Source of the DNA: Abditibacteriota bacterium
Lineage (GTDB): Bacteria > Armatimonadota > UBA5829
Length of the DNA: 64,000 bases
Assembly (NCBI GenBank): GCA_942493375.1
Contig: OW818698.1
Location: forward strand, 1,190,309-1,254,308
Direction of reading: 5' to 3'
This document shows positions 9,301 through 18,803 of the stretch, piece by piece. Within the stretch, counting starts at the first letter, position 1; each line of letters opens with the position of its first letter. A model generated the notes under the pieces. That model searched no databases. It worked only from the letters and a program-made list of their open reading frames with translations, and was not told where the DNA came from. The translations under genes and the position numbers were made by a program.

Positions 9301-9620
9301 CCGGAGCTTCTTCTAATTCACTGAGCGTGACGTTCTCGCTGCCGAAACCTGCAAAGAAGCTTGGGATTGAATTCTACGGCAACGAGTTCATAACACCCGG
9401 TCAGAAACTGCCTCTGAAAGTAACCTTGAACGGAAAAGTCATCTTTGAAGGAGAGAACCTGCTGGAAAACATCAAACTATCTTCGAAGACATTTGATATT
9501 CCAGCTGCTGGCTTCACCCAAAACGGGAACAAGCTTGAAGTATTCAATCTGAGTGGCAGCACGGTTTGGGACAGTCCGTATTTGAGATTGTACTATATCA
9601 AGGTAGTGCCTGAGTATTGA
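6330..9620 (+). CDS. secreted multidomain glycoside-hydrolase-like protein (CBM-like N-terminus, distant GH42-like core)
   Basis: Signal peptide MISIKLFALVLLLLVVFGGVNAQG. The N-terminal NPGFE jelly-roll is CBM4/9-like. The cluster CGCDWCRRKF matches the GH42 zinc site CxCxxC. The segment LVMFNTVCLSDRAVATIREFVRNGGTLLAS resembles a GH42 trimerisation or GATase1-like domain. Confidence 0.75.
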   Translation: MISIKLFALVLLLLVVFGGVNAQGLVINNPGFELSTNIKDKPDYWTPRYIQDHFVETAPANIYEGKQSALFTNNSGKSVEGYFYGPADISGQLLSIDVVPGDIYTFSAWCRVASDFSGAGLKVCLLFSKDGAYVSRVDSTPVAPKKWTRRSVQATVPDGANRMTYSVEYSGLRNAWFDKVELVRGSIENPEEVDLSYYQKQNVLIGYPQLISKADITRLMKSKTAFDDLKNNMRMVSWTFGKLTPEAADSVVKKLKSQGINIILSAGNRFITTNLEENIEKSAIIADACHKNGIKFAHHVTTTLVKQSYYQSHPDFTCVNIATGKPHYEATYDFATACLNNDNYWHDYMQRLEKLFANVKLDGIMVDEIEYWGDTLCGCDWCRRKFRADTGLELPTSDDQNFFRNLNNSTYKRWLSWRASKLQERNLDIRALMKKYMPNGGFYPSYLCNPTYTGMWNAYFQNGMQLDAQVAYSSSVGIEYEPRFFNNYYNWPVAVVEMKFEKAVNRVLDSNPWIYFYPTQYGDYIWQWNLSMALGFNIWFPGEQAPEKNVEKARSALTGWMAKYQKLIGKTSAYANTGIVYSTNTRDLCPEGTEWREGFFGVSQLLTDSHTSYQMLVDRDLTNRELLKGFRTLVMFNTVCLSDRAVATIREFVRNGGTLLASSNISLRDENGNMRNDFGLADVLGVSYASYQENAYNNMVFPAKGKDRIPGISGSYKHDKGFVNLKSIDSKRRVLARIVDTEGKEYLGVIAGSFGKGSVIYFAGHPEMHYIRADHLPPYYIAPGQMWQSSMDTDYQQIITKTVNYLNPKPALIVKNLPTGVIAEALEHKTGDVTGISVHLINCSGAVLKDGIVPKIFEVKFPAITPKGGIDVALRADNIKKVYLLSPDYNRITELKPVFNKGYVKVNIPALYRSAMLYFVRKGAEHITAINNGKITTQIPKPCKMIVESYIPPVGKYDPKNIVFFADSAAYVGGYVNDRDIGLLNRNLFGTGASSNSLSVTFSLPKPAKKLGIEFYGNEFITPGQKLPLKVTLNGKVIFEGENLLENIKLSSKTFDIPAAGFTQNGNKLEVFNLSGSTVWDSPYLRLYYIKVVPEY

Positions 9621-9635
9621 TCAGAGCAAGGTTAC

Positions 9636-9657
9636 GGGAGCACGTGGAAGTGCTCCC
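9636..9657. terminator. hairpin between convergent genes
   Basis: GGGAGCAC-GTGGAA-GTGCTCCC, 16 nt after the stop of the + gene and 24 nt from the stop of the - gene. No clear T-tract. Confidence 0.45.
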
Positions 9658-9680
9658 CTACTTCAATTATGGTAACTTAT

Positions 9681-10805
9681 CTATTTGGCTGATACCTTGT
9701 CCACTTTCACACGTTTGATTACTTCTTTCACCAGCCAGGTAAAAGTGTATGGCTTGGTTTCAGGGACTACTTCATCGTAGGTTGGATGGGTATACCAGCT
9801 CTGGATTATATACCTGTCGGGACGGCCTCCGTGTTTGATATACAGGTCTATATAATCAAGTGTCTCCTTGCAGAAAGTCTCCATGGATGTGCTGCCGCCG
9901 CGCTGTGAATTGAATATCAGATTGAACTCCAGGCCATTCTTCTTTGTGTATTTTTCGACATCAAGGACGCGGCCAATCCAGTCAACTTTTTTAGGATCAA
10001 ATGTAGATCCCTCCACCTTTACTTCACCAATGATATAGTCATAGGGATTATCAACAGTAATGCCTTTCAGAGGCGCGCGTGTTCGCTTGGCGGCTTTAAT
10101 CAGGGCTACCATAGAGTCATAGTAGTCTCCCCAACTTATTCCAGGTCCCTGCCAGGATGCATTGTCCCCTTTATATCCCCAATTGGGAAAGTTCGAAAGC
10201 TCAAAAAAGCCTATGTGCGGGTAGACTTTTTTTACACCAAGCATATACTTGCAGAGTTCATCTGTAGCCTCTTCAGGGGTCGCAAAGCCTTTCCCTCCCT
10301 GATATGGAAGCAGAAGCTGTCGCATTCCACCGTCAAGATCGAAATACTTGACCTTTCCACCCAATGACTCAATAAATTTCATATGCTGGACGCTTGAATC
10401 AACCGCCCGCTTGCAGAATGTGGAGTCATATGGGCCAGCCTGTCCGCCTAAAAGCTCGGATAAATAATCAGTCTGAACAGGAGGAAAGTTGTTCTTTTCA
10501 ACAATCAACGAAATCTTGTTTTGGTTCAGAACCTTGATCAGTTGCTTCAGACTGTCATTCGCTGCTATGTTACTGTGAAAGGGCCAGTCCTTTGGAGTGT
10601 AGCCCTTATCTCCCTGTATTATGTGCCAGGTCCATATCTTGACTCCATCCAGATGCTTCTTTACATAGTCCCATTTAGCACCGTCTGCAGTAAGTCCATC
10701 GGCAGGCAGAATAGACATCCATACTTCAGGTGTCTTTGAGCTTTTTGCACTACCCAAAACCGGCAACAAAAATATGAGAGACAGGACTAAGGCGATCTTT
10801 TTCAT
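9681..10805 (-). CDS. secreted hypothetical protein
   Basis: 374-aa ORF with signal peptide MKKIALVLSLIFLLPVLGSA. No family recognised. Confidence 0.8.
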   Translation of the reverse strand: MKKIALVLSLIFLLPVLGSAKSSKTPEVWMSILPADGLTADGAKWDYVKKHLDGVKIWTWHIIQGDKGYTPKDWPFHSNIAANDSLKQLIKVLNQNKISLIVEKNNFPPVQTDYLSELLGGQAGPYDSTFCKRAVDSSVQHMKFIESLGGKVKYFDLDGGMRQLLLPYQGGKGFATPEEATDELCKYMLGVKKVYPHIGFFELSNFPNWGYKGDNASWQGPGISWGDYYDSMVALIKAAKRTRAPLKGITVDNPYDYIIGEVKVEGSTFDPKKVDWIGRVLDVEKYTKKNGLEFNLIFNSQRGGSTSMETFCKETLDYIDLYIKHGGRPDRYIIQSWYTHPTYDEVVPETKPYTFTWLVKEVIKRVKVDKVSAK

Positions 10806-10943
10806 GTTATTACTCCTGGATACCTCTTAGTGTGCTGAAACTGCGGCTACTGCTAGATATTATAGAGGATTTTCCCAGGACAGACACTTTTTAGTGTTAA
10901 TACACAATGATCAATGGAAGGATTTCAAAAGTGACTGAAGATA

Positions 10944-10987
10944 TCAAGAAAACATCCGGCTACACCAACTCAGGGTGTGCCGGATGT
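10944..10987 (-). terminator. rho-independent terminator of the 11017-12531 gene
   Basis: On the minus strand: stem ACATCCGGC..GCCGGATGT with an extended inner stem, followed by TTTTCTT. It lies 30 nt after the stop codon. Confidence 0.65.
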
Positions 10988-11016
10988 ATTTTATACAAGT
11001 CTAGTGTCAACAGCAT

Positions 11017-12531
11017 TTACTGGATCATGTCTAGTGCTGCTGTGTTGGTATTGGAGTTCCATCTTACACTTGAGCCTGTTGCTATGGCAAGGAAATGGAG
11101 TGGGACATATACCACACCATCCCGCACCTGAGCTGGAGCTTCCAGTTGTTCCTGTTCTCCATTGAGCATCGCATAGGGTTTTCCTATGTCCAGTTGCAAT
11201 GGGCCTTCACTTGTGTCCAGGTTGATAGACTTTGAATAGTCATCATATTTATACGCTACCCCCTCCTGATTCAAAACAGGAGCAAGAGGTACGAGCACGA
11301 CACCATTTTCACTAAACGGTCTGGCATTTGCGAAGGCTATATCCCGTCCACCAGCCATCACACGAATGTTCTGTGATGTCGACTGAGCAGGTAGTGAGAG
11401 TGAACTGACATACATTTCACGTGCCTTTGCAAAACTGCGAGTTGGGTAGTAGTCTACCGCATGACTGAGCCGAACACCAAACTCTGTGTTTGCACTCACA
11501 TTAACATCGGTGGCTCGATTTTTCTTTTTGTCATTCTGACTATAGAGATATCCGGCAGCTGCACCAAGGATAGTACCTTCCAGGGTATGTTTCGTCAGCT
11601 TGCCCAGGATGAGTCCACCGGCAGCTCCAATACCAATGAACTTCAGAGGGTCGGTATCCTTGCTTCTGGTGACCAGGCGTCCGTCCGACGTTTGCTGTAC
11701 CGTTTTGTCATCCAAAGAAACCAGTGAACCCTGAGCATTGATTTTGCGTCCGTCGGGCAGAATCACCTGCCGAAAATCAAGAGCAAGTATACCAGGCTGT
11801 CCATCACCCGCCTGCTGAGCTTCGGTCACTACGCCCCTGAGCTTTGTGCCCTGGGGAAATTCGACATCACCATTTCTATGTGACCGTACTGTCACAGACA
11901 CCCAATCTCCCAGTCGGCTTGTCTTGGAACTCAGAGGTTGATCCAACCTGACTGGAATAACGGTCCCATCAGGTATGTTCGAAGCCATCACATCAGCCAT
12001 TCTGTTTGCAGCTCCCTGGTAAACACTGCTCAGTTCATCAGGTTCCCGATAGGATGTGTCTGTGGATGAACTCGCTTGTGCTGTTTGCTTGCTGGGTATA
12101 TCGGTTGATATAGATACCGATTGAGCAGATTCATCCCATCTGACCTCAGCTCCCAATGCCTCACTGATGAATCGAAGCGGTACCATAGTTGTCCCGTTTA
12201 CAATTCTGGCTGGAGTATCAAGCATAACATCCTGTCCATTGACGGTAGCACGCCGATCTCCAATGCCCAGTTGAACAGTGGTATCATTTTTGGTTGCCGT
12301 AATTGTCCTCATTGCATCATTCCAATGCACACGGGCTCCCAAAGATTCAAAAATACTACGCAACGGCACCATTGTTGTTCCACCCATAAGCATTGGAGGC
12401 GTGTTCAACATCAATGGATTTCCGTTAATGTCGACATGGATAGCTGCCATGCTTGCAGTAGCAAACAGAAGCAGCAGTCCCATTATAGAACTGATTCTAA
12501 TCATATATAGTTTTGTAAGCATAGGTTTCAT
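11017..12531 (-). CDS. secreted protein with repeated copper-amine-oxidase N-terminal (stalk) domains
   Basis: Signal peptide. The Cu_amine_oxidN1-type motif recurs: TTMVPLRSIFESLGARVHWN, TTMVPLRFISEALGAEVRWD, VVYVPLHFLAIATGSSVRWN. Confidence 0.8.
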   Translation of the reverse strand: MKPMLTKLYMIRISSIMGLLLLFATASMAAIHVDINGNPLMLNTPPMLMGGTTMVPLRSIFESLGARVHWNDAMRTITATKNDTTVQLGIGDRRATVNGQDVMLDTPARIVNGTTMVPLRFISEALGAEVRWDESAQSVSISTDIPSKQTAQASSSTDTSYREPDELSSVYQGAANRMADVMASNIPDGTVIPVRLDQPLSSKTSRLGDWVSVTVRSHRNGDVEFPQGTKLRGVVTEAQQAGDGQPGILALDFRQVILPDGRKINAQGSLVSLDDKTVQQTSDGRLVTRSKDTDPLKFIGIGAAGGLILGKLTKHTLEGTILGAAAGYLYSQNDKKKNRATDVNVSANTEFGVRLSHAVDYYPTRSFAKAREMYVSSLSLPAQSTSQNIRVMAGGRDIAFANARPFSENGVVLVPLAPVLNQEGVAYKYDDYSKSINLDTSEGPLQLDIGKPYAMLNGEQEQLEAPAQVRDGVVYVPLHFLAIATGSSVRWNSNTNTAALDMIQ

Positions 12532-12689
12532 CTTCTTTCATTGTCGTTTTCGGTAGTATCAAAACACTGTGCCTGTCGAGATTGCGACAGGTACAATGCA
12601 TGGCGTATTTCCATACTTATCTCATGAATTTAGTACCCGGCTCTGCCATATATAAATCACTTTAGTGCATTTGCTGCATGTCAACAGTA

Positions 12690-12734
12690 AAAGAAAAAGC
12701 CCGGGAAAGTCGCTAAATGGCGTCTTTCCCGGGC
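12690..12734 (-). terminator. rho-independent terminator of the 12764-15256 gene
   Basis: Minus strand: GCCCGGGAAAG-loop-CTTTCCCGGGC followed by TTTTTCTTTT. It lies 30 nt after the stop. Confidence 0.8.
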
Positions 12735-12763
12735 TGACAAGGTGGTTATTAGAAGACCGGTAA

Positions 12764-15256
12764 TTATGGCACTGGAATGGTGGCTCGTATAACTACGCAT
12801 ACAATTGCTTTCTTACCTATCATTTTGATGCTTGACTGGGTGACTTCAGCTTTCTTGATTGCTGCATCTACTTTGCTTTTGTAAGCTTTGTCTGTCATAG
12901 CAGTTTTGTACTTTTCCTCTATCGATAACTGCAGGTTTATTCGAGCATCCGCGATAGCAGCATTCCTGGCTTTTGCTCTTGCAGCGTTCTTGTCTTTCGT
13001 CTTGGCTACTGGTGAGACTTCACTCTTTCCATTGGCAGTAAACTCTTCTATGTTGACATCGATTGGCTGGGTAACAGTAGGACCTGGCTCCGGTGCTTTT
13101 ACTGAAGTTTTTGGATCAGTTAGTTCAGCAGTTGAAGCGTTGATCTCTACATCGGCCTCGAAACTGAATTTAGCCATATAGACACGTTTATTGTCATCCC
13201 AGCCACTGCTGAGTAGTACCGCTTTACTGCGGACCTCATCCACTGAAATAGTGGTATTCGGGCAAGCAGATTTGATAGCTGTCAGAAGCTTTGAATATGC
13301 TGAATCGGATGCTTTTTGCTTAGCTGTATCTACACCTGTCCCAACTGGTTTCCTTGACAATGTGATCTCCCCGGTCTCCTGAAGAACCAGGTGTTTCATT
13401 GCAGGCGAAGGTTTCTTTTGTTCAGCGCTATTATTGGAACTTGTAGCAAAATCACTTGGCAAAATGGTGCGTGCTGCCATATCATCAGCTGCCTGCTGAC
13501 AGGCTTTGGCTAACACATCGGCAACGATTGCATCGTCAGCTACTCCCTGAGCTGAGGATGGCGGTGTAGCTGATTGCGGCTGTGTCTCTTCACCATTCAC
13601 TTTTATCAGGTCAGATTTAAATTTCGAGCGACGGCTGTCTTCACTGCTTAACGCACTGGTAAACAGAACCTTGCACTCATTTTTATCGGGACCAGCTCCC
13701 AGGTCGTATATACAGAACTCACCCGTTACTTTCACATTCTGTATAGAATCTATAGAGACAGCATACTCCATTTCGCGAGTTTTTCTACTGTCCTCATACT
13801 TCTGCTTGTCCTTTTCCCATTGAGCCGCATCTTTTTCGTATTTGGGCATGTCTACTTCTTCCCAATTCAGCAAGTCGCGGACATAGTTTGGGTCGTTAGC
13901 TCTGCTGCCGTTTTTAAGGTCGTATCTATATCCTTCAAACCTGGGTTTCTCATCCGGATTCGGTTTTTTGGGTTGCTCTGGTTTAGTTTCTTTGAAAGCA
14001 GGGAGGCGCTCGGTCTGGCACACAGGCGCGTTTGCAACGTATGATGTGTTTGTATTGATTGAATTGATTGAGACAACAGCCAGCAAAGTATCTTTACCAA
14101 GTTTATTGCGGATAGCTGCAGCCTCATCTTTATTCTGGGCAAATTTGGAAGAGATGATCAAGTCTCTAAGGTCTTGCCTGCTGATACATCCAAAACCACC
14201 TGCTGAAGTAAGTTGACTGGTCAATTTCCCGCACATCTCATTGACCAGTTTGTCATATGTGGCAGTAATGGATTTTTCGTCTGTCAGTGTCGTTATAACA
14301 GCCATTTTTCCACAATTGCGCATATCGGTAAGTGGATGCTTGTGTATATCCTCCGGAATAGATTCAAATGATTTGTGTTCAAGCAATGCAGAGCCTATTT
14401 GCCTGTTCGACGGTCCCGCAACACAGTAGACACTGCGTCCTGTCTGCGTTTCCTTTTGAAGAGCTAGTTCAACCGCAGCCTGGTCGCTCTGCATCCATGC
14501 CTGCATAGCTTTGGGTAAAGACTGGATGACCTTTTCGTGTTTAGAACTCGAAGCTTCGCGATTCAAGATAAACAACAAATCAATATTAGAGTGTTCTTCC
14601 GGATTCCATTCATCTGGTTTGAAGAATTTCCAGTCAATTGTATCTTCACCTGATTTGCACTGTTTGCTGATCCAGTCCTGTGCAATATCTCCATTTTCTG
14701 TTGATATAACGCACATACGCTTGATCTTGTATTTATCCAGTATACTTCCACGATCTTCCAGGTTCATTATGCCGGGATCAGACTTGAGGAGCCTGTCCAG
14801 TTCAAATTTCAACCACTTATCATTGGGAGCGCTGATCAGTATATCCCAGCCGTTCCTGCGATCGGTTGCTTTTACTGCATATAGAAAAGCCTCATCAGGA
14901 TCGATTGGATTGGTTGAAGCCGGAAGCACTTTTGTTTCCAACTCGGTGAATGACCTAGCTTTTTCTCTATCTATAATGAACAGGAGGCCCTCTTCCTTGC
15001 CCATCTTTTTCCTGATATCTGCAGATTCACTAACGTTGATAATGGACTTCTCTTTTATATTCATGGCAGAAAGAAACTTTGAAACATCAGCGCGATCTTC
15101 GGTAGTGACAACTGTTATTTTGTGCTCCTTTAAGATGCGGTCCAGCGTGATTTTGCCTGCATTTGCATTCTGTGCGCATACCAGAAACAGCGTAGCAACA
15201 ATCATTAACTTAAAAAGACTTTGTTTCTTATGGACAAGCATACTTAATATCTCCAT
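12764..15256 (-). CDS. large secreted modular hypothetical protein, C-terminal LPP20-like repeats
   Basis: 830-aa ORF with a signal peptide (..LFLVCAQNANAG). It has a central Lys/Glu/Pro-rich linker. Two C-terminal modules have the LPP20-like pattern (KNAARAKARNAAIADARINLQ, AKQKASDSAYSKLLTAIKS). Confidence 0.75.
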   Translation of the reverse strand: MEILSMLVHKKQSLFKLMIVATLFLVCAQNANAGKITLDRILKEHKITVVTTEDRADVSKFLSAMNIKEKSIINVSESADIRKKMGKEEGLLFIIDREKARSFTELETKVLPASTNPIDPDEAFLYAVKATDRRNGWDILISAPNDKWLKFELDRLLKSDPGIMNLEDRGSILDKYKIKRMCVISTENGDIAQDWISKQCKSGEDTIDWKFFKPDEWNPEEHSNIDLLFILNREASSSKHEKVIQSLPKAMQAWMQSDQAAVELALQKETQTGRSVYCVAGPSNRQIGSALLEHKSFESIPEDIHKHPLTDMRNCGKMAVITTLTDEKSITATYDKLVNEMCGKLTSQLTSAGGFGCISRQDLRDLIISSKFAQNKDEAAAIRNKLGKDTLLAVVSINSINTNTSYVANAPVCQTERLPAFKETKPEQPKKPNPDEKPRFEGYRYDLKNGSRANDPNYVRDLLNWEEVDMPKYEKDAAQWEKDKQKYEDSRKTREMEYAVSIDSIQNVKVTGEFCIYDLGAGPDKNECKVLFTSALSSEDSRRSKFKSDLIKVNGEETQPQSATPPSSAQGVADDAIVADVLAKACQQAADDMAARTILPSDFATSSNNSAEQKKPSPAMKHLVLQETGEITLSRKPVGTGVDTAKQKASDSAYSKLLTAIKSACPNTTISVDEVRSKAVLLSSGWDDNKRVYMAKFSFEADVEINASTAELTDPKTSVKAPEPGPTVTQPIDVNIEEFTANGKSEVSPVAKTKDKNAARAKARNAAIADARINLQLSIEEKYKTAMTDKAYKSKVDAAIKKAEVTQSSIKMIGKKAIVCVVIRATIPVP

Positions 15257-15625
15257 TCTATCTATGCAAGGAGCACGGGTTCCTTGCGAACAGCTATTCG
15301 TGTCTCATCTTTATAACGACTATTTCAGATTTTGCCTGAAATACAATCCTTGTTTTCTATGTAATGAATCTATTATTATCCTGCAATGGAATCATCAGAG
15401 ACAATTTGGTGATTTTGCAACATTGAACAGTATAGTATTCGGAATATACCACTTCGCGGGTGCTATGTCAACCGTCATTTTACACATGTTTTATATATTA
15501 ATATATTTCATTCACACATCATGCATGATTGTATTTCGATACCGTAACGTCACCGAGTAGTCGCATGTGTTCAGTCATAAACAAATATACGAGGGGTGTG
15601 TTCGTACGGGTGTAGCGTAAAACAA

Positions 15626-16468
15626 CTATCCCTTGATCCCTGTCAGAGCTATGCCTTTTACGAACCAGTTTTGGGCGAAGATGAAGATGAGTATGATCGG
15701 TATTACCATCACAACAGCCGCTGCCATCAGGAGCTGCCATTCCTGGCCGTGTTGACCTACAAACTGTTGGAGACCCAGGGAGAGGGTGTATTTGGTGTCA
15801 TCGTTCAGATAGAGGAGAGGGCCGAGGAAGTCGTTCCAGGCGCCTATGAAGGTGAACAAGCCTACTGTAATCAGGGCTGGTTTGGAGAGGGGGAGTATTA
15901 TCATCCGGTATATGGAGAACTCGGTGGCGCCATCCACTTTGGCTGCATCCGATAGCTCCTGAGGGATAGACATAAAGAACTGCCTCAGCAGGAATATATA
16001 GAACGCATTTCCCAGGAAGCACGGGACGATCAGAGGCTTATAGGAACCGATCCATCCCAGCCATCTGAAGATTGCAAAGACAGGGATCATAGTCACCTGC
16101 CCAGGCAGCATAAGGGTCGCCAGCACAAGAACAAACAACGCGTCTCTGCCGGGCCACTTGATCTTTGAGAAGCTGTAGGCAACCAGCGAGCAGCTTAGCA
16201 CCGTCCCGATTACACTCGATACACATATAACAATTGTGTTCTTCATGTAGTGCAGGAACGGTATATATACCATAGCCTTCGGGTAGTTCTCCCAGACTAT
16301 CGGGTGAGGAAACCAAACCGGGGGCATTGCGTGGACCTGCATGTCTGCTTTCAGGGAGGTAGCAACCAGCCAGTAGAACGGCAGCAGACACAGGAGTGAC
16401 AGCGTACTGAGCACTATATGAGAGAGGATTGTCTGGTTCCTCTTTGAAGAGCTGTGACCTTTACTCAT
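15626..16468 (-). CDS. carbohydrate ABC transporter permease (CUT1, MalG-like)
   Basis: Six-TM profile and EAA loop ELSDAAKVDGATEFSIYRMIILPLSKP. The start was moved to the ATG at 16468 (MSKGHSS..), which overlaps the upstream gene stop by 8 nt. Confidence 0.9.
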   Translation of the reverse strand: MSKGHSSSKRNQTILSHIVLSTLSLLCLLPFYWLVATSLKADMQVHAMPPVWFPHPIVWENYPKAMVYIPFLHYMKNTIVICVSSVIGTVLSCSLVAYSFSKIKWPGRDALFVLVLATLMLPGQVTMIPVFAIFRWLGWIGSYKPLIVPCFLGNAFYIFLLRQFFMSIPQELSDAAKVDGATEFSIYRMIILPLSKPALITVGLFTFIGAWNDFLGPLLYLNDDTKYTLSLGLQQFVGQHGQEWQLLMAAAVVMVIPIILIFIFAQNWFVKGIALTGIKG

Positions 16469-17396
16469 TTGAATGTCCCTCATAATAGACCCATTTCGCG
16501 CTTGTTTTGAATACCAGCAGCGTGCAGACCAGCGTGATAGCGAACAGTATCCACGCCATCGCGGAAGCATAACCCATCTTCAGGTCAACAAATGCACGGT
16601 TGAATAGATATAAAGCATAGAAAAGTGTTGAGTCCTGAGGGCCTCCGTTGGTCATAATATATACCTGCGTAAAGTATTGAAAACTGCCGATCAGGCCCAT
16701 TATCAGGTTGAAGAAGATTATAGGAGAGAGCATGGGCAGAGTGACGTGGCGCAGTTTGTGATAGGAGTTAGCGCCGTCCAGTTCTGCTGCTTCATAAAGG
16801 TGATCGGGGATATTTTGTAAGCCTGCAAGGTAAATAATCGAAGATCCACCGATACCCCAGAGTCCCATCATAATGAGAGCAGGTTTGGACCATGCGGGAT
16901 CGTTCAACCAGCCAGGTCCGGCTATTCCAAACTTCGCCAGCAGCACGTTGACCAGCCCGATATCGGTATTCAACAACCACATCCAGAGTGTCGCCAATGC
17001 AACCGCCGGAACCAGGGTCGGGATATAAAAAATCGCCCGGTAGATGGATATGCCTTTTACTTTGATGTTGAGCAACAGGGAAAGTGCCAAGCTCAAGACC
17101 AGCCCAATCGGCAGTCCGAAGATCACCATATACATTGTGTTCCAGAGCGAACGCATGAAGATTACATCATCTGTAAGCAGCCTGGAGTAGTTCTTGATCC
17201 CGATCCAATGAGGAGGTGTCAGGATATCATACCTGCAAAAGCTGTAGTACAGCGATGCTGAAATAGCGTAAACCGTGAATACGATAAACCCTATTATCCA
17301 GGGAGACGCGAACAACAGGCCATTGAACAGGTCCCGCCAGGCAGCCCTTGACCTTTTGGGACGCTGCAGGCTCTTATCGATGAATTGCTTAGCCAT
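16461..17396 (-). CDS. carbohydrate ABC transporter permease (CUT1, MalF-like)
   Basis: EAA loop YEAAELDGANSYHKLRHVTLPML. Its start overlaps the stop of the binding-protein gene (TGATG). Confidence 0.9.
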   Translation of the reverse strand: MAKQFIDKSLQRPKRSRAAWRDLFNGLLFASPWIIGFIVFTVYAISASLYYSFCRYDILTPPHWIGIKNYSRLLTDDVIFMRSLWNTMYMVIFGLPIGLVLSLALSLLLNIKVKGISIYRAIFYIPTLVPAVALATLWMWLLNTDIGLVNVLLAKFGIAGPGWLNDPAWSKPALIMMGLWGIGGSSIIYLAGLQNIPDHLYEAAELDGANSYHKLRHVTLPMLSPIIFFNLIMGLIGSFQYFTQVYIMTNGGPQDSTLFYALYLFNRAFVDLKMGYASAMAWILFAITLVCTLLVFKTSAKWVYYEGHSNE

Positions 17397-18664
17397 CAGA
17401 GGGCCTCCGTTGCGTCGGTCATTTCTTGTTCCATTATCTTCTGGACGTCATCCAGCATCTTCTTCGGGTCTCGTCCACCGAGGACTGCGAAATCCTCTGC
17501 CCGGACAATCTGGTCCATGTAGGTCCGCCAAACCGGCATCTGAGGAGGTCCAAACGCGTTTTCACTGGAGACTAGATTTCCTGCGAATGCAAACAGAGGG
17601 CTCTTGGTAAAGCGTGGTGACCCGGCAACAGCTTTCAGAGGAGGAACATTGCCAATACCTTTGCAGAAATCACTCACAGCCTCCGGTCCGCATATCCAGT
17701 TCAGGAACTCCCAGGCCTCTTTCTTATTCTTGCAGTCAGAGGGGATCACAAACACGCTGCCACCAAGGGACATAGTCTTAGGCCTGCCACCCGGAGGATA
17801 CGGCAGCGGGAAGTAGCCCCAGTCAAGGTCCTTTGCATAACGCTTGGTAAACTGCTCTACCCACTCTCCACACTGCCACATACCTATCTTACCGACAAAG
17901 AACGGACCGCTGACGCTCTCAGCACTGCCAAACGTAGACTCAAACCCTTGCATCTTCCGGATGTCATACTTCTTCGCATAGGATTTCATCCACTGCAGAG
18001 CTGCGACATTGTGAGGATCGTTTGCTGTGACCTTCCCGGTCTTCTGGTCATACCATTTGCCGCCGAAAACATATGCCCAAGTAGCCAGGCCCGAAGGCCG
18101 GAAACCGTACCGTATAAACCGATGGTTAGCGTCATACTTTGTGCATTTAGCTGCTGCATCATCCAGCTCAGCAATCGTCCGGGGAATATGGGTAATCCCG
18201 ACCTCTTTGAATATTTTCTTGTTGTAAGCAATGAATGTGGCGTTGGTAGTTGCAGCCATCCCGTAGGTGTGACCTTTATACTGGAGCATATTCCAGACAC
18301 CTGGGGACCACTCATCGGGTTTTCGTTTTGAAGCTGCCAGGTAGGAGTCCAGAGGAGTCAGCGCACCTCTCATCGCATATCCAGCAAGTTGCTCAGCCCA
18401 GACAGCTGAAAGTACATCCGGAGTGTCTCCACCTGCAAATGCTATGGTAACTTTCTGATAGGAACCAAACACTGAGAGGATCTTGACGTGGATATTCTTA
18501 TGCCGGGCGTTGAAACGGTCTACGAGCCCCTTTTGAATCTCAAACTCGTGCCCGCTCCAACCGGTCCAATACGTAATCTCCACAGGCGCTTTTTCCTGAT
18601 GCCCCGAGCACCCGGATAGCGCCACTATTATTAAGAACAAGAGGATATATCGAGAGTATCTCAT
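17396..18664 (-). CDS. extracellular sugar-binding lipoprotein (ABC, family 1)
   Basis: Lipobox LSGCSG. It has the length and motifs of SBP_bac_1-type proteins and is the first gene of a three-gene operon. No ATPase gene is adjacent, which is usual for CUT1. Confidence 0.9.
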   Translation of the reverse strand: MRYSRYILLFLIIVALSGCSGHQEKAPVEITYWTGWSGHEFEIQKGLVDRFNARHKNIHVKILSVFGSYQKVTIAFAGGDTPDVLSAVWAEQLAGYAMRGALTPLDSYLAASKRKPDEWSPGVWNMLQYKGHTYGMAATTNATFIAYNKKIFKEVGITHIPRTIAELDDAAAKCTKYDANHRFIRYGFRPSGLATWAYVFGGKWYDQKTGKVTANDPHNVAALQWMKSYAKKYDIRKMQGFESTFGSAESVSGPFFVGKIGMWQCGEWVEQFTKRYAKDLDWGYFPLPYPPGGRPKTMSLGGSVFVIPSDCKNKKEAWEFLNWICGPEAVSDFCKGIGNVPPLKAVAGSPRFTKSPLFAFAGNLVSSENAFGPPQMPVWRTYMDQIVRAEDFAVLGGRDPKKMLDDVQKIMEQEMTDATEAL

Positions 18665-18803
18665 ACTGCCTCAAATACATAGATCATTATGCATATGCCA
18701 AATCTTGTATTATTATAGAGTGGTTCTCCAAATTACGCACGCGGCTGTTTGGAAGAATACCACACATTGCTCATTATCACAGCATCCGGACAGGAGTTGA
18801 GTT

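Noticed and set aside
14511-15560. 349-aa ORF on the + strand
   Set aside because: It lies almost entirely antisense to the 830-aa gene (12764-15256). It has a Ser/Leu/Phe-rich low-complexity translation, no RBS and no recognisable domain. This is a typical shadow ORF of a long gene.
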